Positions 24,623 through 30,390 of a DNA stretch of 30,390 nucleotides are shown here, in pieces. Made by a program: the position numbers and the translations under genes. Every line of letters begins with the position of its first letter. Position 1 is the first letter of the stretch. Source of the DNA: a virus. Taxonomy: Duplodnaviria > Caudoviricetes. The stretch lies in IMG/VR virus record IMGVR_UViG_3300025653_000171, positions 1-30,390 of that record. One strand, written 5' to 3'. The notes beneath the pieces were generated by a model. The model worked only from the letters and a program-made list of their open reading frames with translations. It was not told the origin of the DNA and ran no database searches.

Positions 24623-24715
24623 TTAGTCGGAGTAAGGTGAAAGGAGAATCAAGAGAGAGGCGGCAATGGCCAAGAGAAGGGCCAGAATGACGCCGTTGAA
24701 GAATAGTTCACTCAT
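24623..24715 (-). CDS. 30-aa single-TM peptide
   Basis: Manual translation MSELFFNGVILALLLAIAASLLILLSPYSD. A/C-rich leader; stop is 2 nt before the next ATG. Confidence 0.55.
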   Translation of the reverse strand: MSELFFNGVILALLLAIAASLLILLSPYSD

Positions 24716-24827
24716 GGTTAGGTTTGTTTGTTCGGGTTGCGGGATTGCTGGGCTGTGCGGCTGCCGCTCGGTTGATGCCGTCAGTTTTTTGCCGCTGCGA
24801 TTCGGCCCAGGAGAATAGGGTGACCAT
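24708..24827 (-). CDS. 39-aa hypothetical ORF
   Basis: Manual translation MVTLFSWAESQRQKTDGINRAAAAQPSNPATRTNKPNHE, with a G-run upstream. Confidence 0.35.
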   Translation of the reverse strand: MVTLFSWAESQRQKTDGINRAAAAQPSNPATRTNKPNHE

Positions 24828-24853
24828 TATAATGCCCCCCCTGTTTGAAAATT

Positions 24854-25010
24854 GAGCCAGCGGCAGCCCCCCGAATGTGTGGCCAGACGGAGGCCGAATG
24901 AAAACTCACGAGGCACTTTCAACCCCGGGCCAATTCCGTAACCGCAGGGACGCATGACAATCCCCTGCCGATCGCTGCCGCTGGCCGCTCGGGAGCATTC
25001 TCTGCTCCCG
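24854..25010. ncRNA. Candidate structured RNA (multi-stem)
   Basis: 12-bp closing stem GCCAGCGGCAGC (24856-24867) / GCTGCCGCTGGC (24974-24985) enclosing shorter hairpins. Adjacent hairpin CGGGAGCA-ttctc-TGCTCCCG. Confidence 0.5.
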
Positions 25011-25155
25011 AAATCTGCTACCCTGCCCGAAGGACAGAAATACGTATGATGCCCCCATCCCTCGGGGGAAGGCTTGAGTGGAACCTTTGTTTCCGGGGTG
25101 TTTCCCGGTAGATTCAAAAAACAGTCTTGCAGTTTGCTCCCCGCCTCTGCTACCC
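25001..25155. other. Candidate attP region with paired arm-type repeats
   Basis: TCTGCTCCCG-aaa-TCTGCTACCC (25001-25023) and TTTGCTCCCC-gcc-TCTGCTACCC (25133-25155), immediately 5' of the integrase. Confidence 0.5.
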
Positions 25156-25162
25156 GAGCGGA

Positions 25163-26173
25163 GTGAAAATCAAGGGCCTCTACCAGAAACGGGAGTTCTT
25201 TTACTTCCAGCCGCCGATGGTGCAGGGTGTTCGCCCGAAGCCCATCGCGCTCCGCACGAAGAACCTGCACGAGGCCATTCGGATGGCTACAGAGCTTCGC
25301 CAACGACTTTCCTTCGATCAAGATCCGGATCGCCTTAGCCATGCGATCAAGCGCTACATCGGAGAGAAGCGAGCCCTTCAGGAAATGACTCGCGGCACCC
25401 TTGAGCACACCGAGCGCTTTTTGGAGCGCTTTGCGGCCTGGGCCGGAGACATCCTGATCGCGGAGCTTTCCCGATCCCACATCGAGAACTTCCGCCTGCA
25501 CCTCAATGAGAAGGGGCTGAAGGCCAGCACGATCGTCTGCCAGATGCGGAGACTCCAGGGTTTCTGTTCCTGGCTCAAGGCCAAAGACAAGATCCTGAGA
25601 AGCCCTTTCGAGGGAGTGAAGCTGCCGACTATCAAGCGGACCCAGGCCATCACATTCTGCACCCGAGAACAGCGCGATCACTTGATCGAGTGTTGCGACC
25701 GCGAAGACCTGCATTTTATCCTCATGGCGGGATTCTTCCTTGGGCTGCGGATCGGCGAGATCATCGAGGCAGTTCCCTCGTGGTTCCGAACACCGGGAGT
25801 CGTGGAGCTGACGGAGACGGCGCACTTTCAACCCAAGGACAAAGAGCGGCGCCTGATTCACTACGGCGACCGCTTCGCCCAATTCCTCGCCTCTTACGGG
25901 CTCCGTGAGCCCTTCATGGTGAGGCCCGAGGTCCGCCATGGCCGAGGCCGCATGCGCTGGCACTGTGAGCGACCCTGGAAGGCTTTGGTTGATTCTACGG
26001 AGCTTCCCTGGGTGACGCCGCACGTGATGCGCCACACTTTCGCCACGCTGCACATCCAGGCAGGAACACCTCTCGCCACCGTGGCGCGATGGCTCGGCGA
26101 CTCCTACGCCGTTACCTTCGCCCACTATGCGGCCTATGCCCCTACCGATGCTCATATCAGGAACCTTGACTGA
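25163..26173 (+). CDS. int: Tyrosine recombinase/phage integrase
   Basis: GLRIGE (R), PKDKE (K), HVMRHTFAT (HxxR), WLGDS and HYAAY (Y). N-terminal arm-binding-like and core-binding domains. Probable start is GTG 25163. Confidence 0.93.
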   Translation: MKIKGLYQKREFFYFQPPMVQGVRPKPIALRTKNLHEAIRMATELRQRLSFDQDPDRLSHAIKRYIGEKRALQEMTRGTLEHTERFLERFAAWAGDILIAELSRSHIENFRLHLNEKGLKASTIVCQMRRLQGFCSWLKAKDKILRSPFEGVKLPTIKRTQAITFCTREQRDHLIECCDREDLHFILMAGFFLGLRIGEIIEAVPSWFRTPGVVELTETAHFQPKDKERRLIHYGDRFAQFLASYGLREPFMVRPEVRHGRGRMRWHCERPWKALVDSTELPWVTPHVMRHTFATLHIQAGTPLATVARWLGDSYAVTFAHYAAYAPTDAHIRNLD

Positions 26174-26405
26174 GGATTGATTCCAACGCTTCGCTGCGCT
26201 CTTGGTTGGCCTCTGCGGCCTCCAGCACGCGGTCCAGGGTTTCCCTGCGGAAATAGTCTCCGCGGGCCGTCTGAAAGTAAGGAACGAGGAGCTTCGGATA
26301 CCGCCGCAGCAGTTCCTTGAAGACAGACTTCCCCCCGCAGTAAACCTCCGAGTCGCCTCGGTTGAGTCCCCCAGCGGGAGTGCTGATGGTTGTTTTTTTG
26401 TTCAT
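26157..26405 (-). CDS. Putative excisionase/recombination directionality factor (82 aa)
   Basis: MNKKTTIST...GLNRGDSEVYCGG..VFKELL...YFRRETLDRVL resembles an Xis-like wHTH. Convergent with and overlapping int by 17 nt; TGATG coupling to the upstream gene. Confidence 0.5.
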   Translation of the reverse strand: MNKKTTISTPAGGLNRGDSEVYCGGKSVFKELLRRYPKLLVPYFQTARGDYFRRETLDRVLEAAEANQERSEALESILSQGS

Positions 26406-26728
26406 CAGTCCAATTCGGTGAGCAGTCTTTGCAATCGCTCGCTGCGGTCTGCGCACTCCGGGCAGGGTTGATGACTGGCGGGGTCGTTGGCGTGCCCCAT
26501 GATTAGCATACCCGTCCCATCGCATCTGCGGCAGGCTTCGCTTTCGGCAATGCACTCCTCGATGCAAAGGGTTTCCCGAAGGCCACGAATCGCCTTTAGC
26601 TTGGCGTCAACGTGATCCTGGGTCGTTTGGCGACCGTCGGATTCCTTGGCGTAAATCGCGGCCAAGGACCGCAGCTCGCGCTCGACGCATCCCTGTGATG
26701 GGACGATTGAAATGGGGCCGCAGTTCAT
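26405..26728 (-). CDS. Hypothetical protein with CxxCxGxG...CxxC zinc finger
   Basis: CRRCDGTG...CPEC. GGAGG SD and ATGA overlap with the cro-like gene. Confidence 0.65.
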   Translation of the reverse strand: MNCGPISIVPSQGCVERELRSLAAIYAKESDGRQTTQDHVDAKLKAIRGLRETLCIEECIAESEACRRCDGTGMLIMGHANDPASHQPCPECADRSERLQRLLTELD

Positions 26729-26904
26729 TCGGCCTCCTCCACTTTGGCGGGGTGAATTGTAGCCTTGCCGCTCTTCACTGCGGAGAGCGCCCAATCGAGC
26801 ACTGCGGCGGTCGTGGCCTTCAGCGAAAGCCCTCTCCTCTTTGCCAACCGAGTGAGGTCACGCTTATGGTTTTCTGTTACCTCAATAAGCATTTTTTTGC
26901 CCAT
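26725..26904 (-). CDS. Cro-position small DNA-binding protein (ribbon-helix-helix-like, 59 aa)
   Basis: MGKKMLIEVTENHKRDLTRLAKRRGLSLKATTAAVLDWAL shows a beta-helix-G-helix pattern. Divergent from the repressor. Confidence 0.65.
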   Translation of the reverse strand: MGKKMLIEVTENHKRDLTRLAKRRGLSLKATTAAVLDWALSAVKSGKATIHPAKVEEAE

Positions 26905-26911
26905 GAGGGAA

Positions 26912-26977
26912 CTTGTATCTCGTTGCACAGCAGGATACAACCCTAAAGTTGCCTAAAACGAAACTTTTTTGTATGTT
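26912..26977. promoter_or_regulatory. Divergent lysis/lysogeny promoters and operator
   Basis: + strand TTGCCT-17-TATGTT then 5 nt to the repressor ATG. - strand TTGTAT-17-TACAAG then 7 nt to the cro ATG. Inverted repeat TTGTATC-N14-GATACAA (26913-26940). Confidence 0.7.
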
Positions 26978-26982
26978 CCGTT

Positions 26983-27444
26983 ATGAAAATAACGAACAAC
27001 ACCCGAGCGCTGATCCTCAATGCGCTAAGGACCAAGGGGTTGACTCAAACCCAGCTGGCGGAGGAGATGGGCTATGGGAAGGCGTGGGTGACGCGACTTC
27101 TCGATGGGACACTCAAGCGACTGAAGGAGGAACAAATCGACAAGTTGCAAGACTTCCTTGGGATCAAGTTTTTTGTGGTGAAAGACCTGCGCCCGCAGCT
27201 CCCTCCCTCACTAATGAACCTCGCCAGGATCGCAGAGGATAACGAAACCCTCATGGATCTGCTGACGACACTGGAGCATCTACTCCAACAGGAGGCCCCG
27301 CTAACTGCCCCCTACATCCCAACGAAAAACATGACCAAGCTCGGCCAGGAGATCATTCGACTGGCCTACGCCAACGAAGACAAGCCCGGAAAGGTCGCCC
27401 GAGAAGTGCTGCGCCTGCTTTCCCAGAAAGGCATGGGATCGTGA
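26983..27444 (+). CDS. XRE-family HTH repressor (CI-like, no S24 peptidase domain)
   Basis: LRTKGLTQTQLAEEMGYGKAWVTRLLDG HTH. Divergent from the early operon. Confidence 0.85.
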   Translation: MKITNNTRALILNALRTKGLTQTQLAEEMGYGKAWVTRLLDGTLKRLKEEQIDKLQDFLGIKFFVVKDLRPQLPPSLMNLARIAEDNETLMDLLTTLEHLLQQEAPLTAPYIPTKNMTKLGQEIIRLAYANEDKPGKVAREVLRLLSQKGMGS

Positions 27445-27511
27445 AAGTGATGGCAGATTTCCTGATGCTTTGTAATGGCCTCCCTCATAAAATCCGCCGA
27501 ATAGTTAGGCT

Positions 27512-28021
27512 ATGATAAAAATTGCACGTGATGGGCAGGAGATTGGAGAGTTGGAGAATACCAAAGACGTTCTCAACGAAGTTGCGATTGGCAAGGTGAA
27601 GCTCACAGACCTATTCTGGGAACCCGGCATGGATGATTGGCGCCCGATCCGAACGTTGCCTGACGCAGAAGCCTATGCTCCAGAAGCCCCACCGATTCCA
27701 GAATCACAGCCTGAGTCCAGCTCTACTCCGCCCGTGGAGGTAGAAGAGAAAGAGCAAACAATCCCCGTGTATCCGCCCCCTAAAGATGAATCCATTTCAG
27801 AGTGCAGTCGCGGCATCTACATCGGGCTTGCTATTTTTTTCGGCGCCCTTGGTGTCCATAACTTTTATGCCAACCGGACCAACATCGCCATTGCACAGGC
27901 GCTCATTTCTATTCTGACTTTCTGGTCAATCGTGATCCCGATTTGCGTGTGGATAATCGCAATCTTTGAATCAGTTTCGATCACCAGAGATGGCGAAGGG
28001 AGGGTGTTTAAGGGAGCCTAG
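27512..28021 (+). CDS. GYF_2 (DUF4339)-like + TM2 domain membrane protein
   Basis: DLFWEPGMDDWRPI (GYF_2-like), Pro/Glu linker, LAIFFGALGVHNFY (TM2) and D..GR C-terminus. Confidence 0.8.
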   Translation: MIKIARDGQEIGELENTKDVLNEVAIGKVKLTDLFWEPGMDDWRPIRTLPDAEAYAPEAPPIPESQPESSSTPPVEVEEKEQTIPVYPPPKDESISECSRGIYIGLAIFFGALGVHNFYANRTNIAIAQALISILTFWSIVIPICVWIIAIFESVSITRDGEGRVFKGA

Positions 28022-28662
28022 CCTAGCCTCTCCTTCAGTTTGGCCAGTTGCCACTCGATCGCCTCGATCGCCTGCATCGCAATCGGGTCAGGGCCGCCGC
28101 GGTCGGAATCTCGCGGCATTGGTTGATCCCTCTCATGAGAATGCATCAACTCTTGCACACCGGCCCGAAAATCCATCAGGTCCACTTTGGCGCCAGGGCA
28201 TGATTTCGATGTCCGAGGGTCATCCCGGTGGCCATTGATTGAGTCTACACCCCATCCGGTCTGCTCCAGAATTGCGGCTGCCGCCCGGGCGGCCATGTTC
28301 CAGCAGGCCAGCCCTCGGCCTGAATAGGGATCTTCGGAGTCATAATCACCGAGCACTTCAATCCCGATGTGGGAGCGGTTGAAGCTGACGGCGTGAACGC
28401 CTCGCTCATCCAGCGGGCTCATCCCGAAGATCTGATCATCGTCGATGAAAAGGTGCGGGCCCCTGCTCCATCCAAGCGTGCCCTGGTAGTAGCTCTGGAT
28501 GTTCTGGATGTGTTGGGCCTTGAGCCCGTTCGGACGCTGCCGGAGGGAAGGGGAGGCCGTGTGATGCATGGTGATCCCGCGAGCCCAGGAAAGGTCAACG
28601 GTGCGCAGATAATCCGCGAAGCTCGCCCCATCCCACACTCGACCAACAAGGGAGAAACTCAT
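28018..28662 (-). CDS. Endolysin, N-acetylmuramoyl-L-alanine amidase (Amidase_2)
   Basis: ITMHHTA, GPHLFID, GVHA..FN...IGIEV.GDYD and GHRD....KSCPG zinc-amidase motifs. Confidence 0.92.
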   Translation of the reverse strand: MSFSLVGRVWDGASFADYLRTVDLSWARGITMHHTASPSLRQRPNGLKAQHIQNIQSYYQGTLGWSRGPHLFIDDDQIFGMSPLDERGVHAVSFNRSHIGIEVLGDYDSEDPYSGRGLACWNMAARAAAAILEQTGWGVDSINGHRDDPRTSKSCPGAKVDLMDFRAGVQELMHSHERDQPMPRDSDRGGPDPIAMQAIEAIEWQLAKLKERLG

Positions 28663-28892
28663 GGGGATGGGATCGCTTTGCTTTTGATGAAACTCCGGCC
28701 CGCGGTGTAGGAACCGGCGATTCCCGTATTGGCCAGGATGGCGGAGATCAAAATTTCAGGATCGATAGAGATGCCCCAGCGGGACAGAAAGCCCGATCCC
28801 ACACCAATCGCGAGATTGATCACCATGGCAATGACAGAGCCCTTCCACTCAGTGGTCTGGCTCCCTGTTTTTTGTGCTTGTTCTGTGCTCAT
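28659..28892 (-). CDS. Putative holin (2 TM, 77 aa)
   Basis: MSTEQAQKTGSQTTEWK, two hydrophobic segments, YTAGRSFIK. ATGA overlaps with both neighbours. Confidence 0.7.
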   Translation of the reverse strand: MSTEQAQKTGSQTTEWKGSVIAMVINLAIGVGSGFLSRWGISIDPEILISAILANTGIAGSYTAGRSFIKSKAIPSP

Positions 28893-29524
28893 GCGTTGCT
28901 GTCGTTTGGCATTATGGTTAAACCTTTCATGCGACCAACAAGGATGCGGCATCGAATTAAGACCGATGGTGAAATCGACTCACTGTGATGCGTCGCGAAA
29001 CTGCAATAGGTGATCGCTCGGCAGTCCGGATTCTTGTCCAGATGCTGGCTGGCGATGTAGAACCAGGCCGAGTGCTTCACTCCCTCGGCTTCATAAACAT
29101 CTTTGATTACGCTAGGCGGTAGCCCATTGGTGGAGAATAGCATGGACCCCCGAGCCACGATGTGGTTGAGCCTAGACACGTAGTCATCGTCTAACTCGAA
29201 GTGAATGTATGAAACAGGATCCTGGGAGCCCTGACGGTATTGATAGACCGCAGTCATCCATCTGGGATTTCTTGATCCATTCCATGCCCGCAGGATCATG
29301 AACCGGTCGATGCATGTATCGGAGACCAACGCTTTTAGCTCTGCATGAATTTCGCCCCACTCCTCGATGAAATCAGTGAACGATAGAGCGGCCTGCTGAA
29401 ATCGCATTTCGGATTCAGCCTGCGTGCGGAGCTTTCGGTTCTTGTTCGCCAGATACCCGAACCATGCTGTTGATAGCACTCCGAGAAACCCAAAGATAGC
29501 GACTAGAACATCCTTTTCCATCAC
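28889..29524 (-). CDS. Single-TM protein with GAF-like soluble domain (T4 holin T-like architecture)
   Basis: N-terminal TM VLVAIFGFLGVLSTAWFGYL, then DRFMILRAWNGS...GVKHS...ITYCSFAT. First gene of the lysis cassette. Confidence 0.5.
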   Translation of the reverse strand: MMEKDVLVAIFGFLGVLSTAWFGYLANKNRKLRTQAESEMRFQQAALSFTDFIEEWGEIHAELKALVSDTCIDRFMILRAWNGSRNPRWMTAVYQYRQGSQDPVSYIHFELDDDYVSRLNHIVARGSMLFSTNGLPPSVIKDVYEAEGVKHSAWFYIASQHLDKNPDCRAITYCSFATHHSESISPSVLIRCRILVGRMKGLTIMPNDSNA

Positions 29525-29561
29525 CTGAAAAATTGAATGCCAGCCTACGTGTTTTCCAGCC

Positions 29562-30206
29562 TCAGAAATGGGCGTTTCTCTGGCGGAAGACGCAATCCCG
29601 ATGGATCCTCTCGCAGATTTCGTATCCGGCCTCCTTGAGCCAGTCTATCACAGCCTGGTCGTCTCCGAGCCCGTTCAGCTCAAGCATTATGATCGGAGAA
29701 GATCCCTCAATGGTTCCCACTGCTCCCTTCAGTGCCTCCAGCTCATTCCCCTCGAGGTCGAGCGCCAAAAGGCCGACGTTCTTCAGGCAGAGTTGATCGA
29801 TGCTCAAGGCGGGGATGGCTTTGCCAGCAGTCGAGCGATCAATCCTCCACGTTCCCGAGTTCCCTCCTTCGTTCTGCTTCAGGCTCACCATCCCTGGAAG
29901 GCCAGAAATCGCACATGGAAAGGCCCTTACGTTGGAGGCATAAGGGAACACGTTTGACGTAAGGCAGTGGAAATTCTCTTGGCATGGCTCGAAGGTGTAG
30001 ACCTGCTCGAAGATGGACGAGAGAAGCCTCGGCCAGATGCCGCATCCTCCTCCGGCTTGAACAACACTTCCCCACTTTCCCACATGCTTTAGGGCCGCAT
30101 CGAGGTCGTTGACCGTGTGGCGACTTGCCCAGAGACCATCGTCGTCCTTCGGCCATAGCCAAGGCCCATGCATCCCTCCGATCGTATCGTTGCGCCACTC
30201 TTTCAT
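29562..30206 (-). CDS. FkbM-family SAM methyltransferase
   Basis: VVQAGGGCGIW, VYTFEP..ENFHCL..N, LLALDLEGNELEALKGA..TI....PIIMLE. Start ATG 30206 overlaps the upstream stop. Confidence 0.88.
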   Translation of the reverse strand: MKEWRNDTIGGMHGPWLWPKDDDGLWASRHTVNDLDAALKHVGKWGSVVQAGGGCGIWPRLLSSIFEQVYTFEPCQENFHCLTSNVFPYASNVRAFPCAISGLPGMVSLKQNEGGNSGTWRIDRSTAGKAIPALSIDQLCLKNVGLLALDLEGNELEALKGAVGTIEGSSPIIMLELNGLGDDQAVIDWLKEAGYEICERIHRDCVFRQRNAHF

Positions 30207-30390
30207 TTCTGCGGCACGGTCCACCATCGGTTTTCGGTGTCATGGGCGAGATGATGCACCCATTGGAAATATTCGTGATACATCGGCGCCACGTTCTCCA
30301 TGAGGTAACGCTCGGCGTGCTTCCGCACGGCGGCCCGACTCAATCGTGGAGCGTCCTCCACGGCCCTCACATACTGAGCATAGTTGCGGC
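30203..30390 (-). CDS. C-terminus of a probable GT4-family glycosyltransferase (partial)
   Basis: Manual translation RNYAQYVRAVEDAPRLSRAAVRKHAERYLMENVAPMYHEYFQW...* resembles GT-B/GT4 C-terminal helices. ATGA overlap with FkbM. Only about 60 residues are visible. Confidence 0.55.
   Translation of the reverse strand, partial: RNYAQYVRAVEDAPRLSRAAVRKHAERYLMENVAPMYHEYFQWVHHLAHDTENRWWTVPQK

Noticed and set aside
24840-25160. tRNA/tmRNA gene or tRNA-derived att core
   Set aside because: No canonical T-loop (GTTCRA) with cloverleaf spacing or CCA end was found by eye on either strand. tRNAscan/ARAGORN would be needed to exclude it fully.

Overview
The window is about 30 kb of a temperate tailed phage (prophage or free genome), almost all encoded on the minus strand. 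Reading right to left it contains a glycosyltransferase C-terminus and an FkbM-type methyltransferase, a lysis cassette (TM/GAF-like protein, small holin, amidase), and a divergent repressor/cro switch. An early operon follows, interrupted by an oppositely oriented tyrosine integrase and a candidate attP. It continues with recombination genes (SSAP-like protein, YqaJ exonuclease, Hjc-type resolvase), an SF2 helicase-like gene plus N4/N6 methyltransferase behind their own promoter and attenuator, a replication initiator, SSB, a degenerate DnaC-like protein, small HTH regulators and a beta-helix protein. The left part is a Mu-like head module (gpF, TerS, TerL, portal, gpG, protease/scaffold, decoration protein, major capsid). 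No Mu transposase is present in the window. The host may be Verrucomicrobia/PVC; this is a weak inference from the AlpA-like and GYF-like proteins. The most unusual features are: (1) two paralogous 'fibre + small partner' cassettes inserted between TerL and portal; (2) an integrase and paired repeat sites in the middle of the early operon, so integration could uncouple the lytic promoter from replication genes; (3) several highly structured intergenic elements, including a promoter-uORF-kissing-loop attenuator. All family calls come from motif recognition by eye, with no database search.
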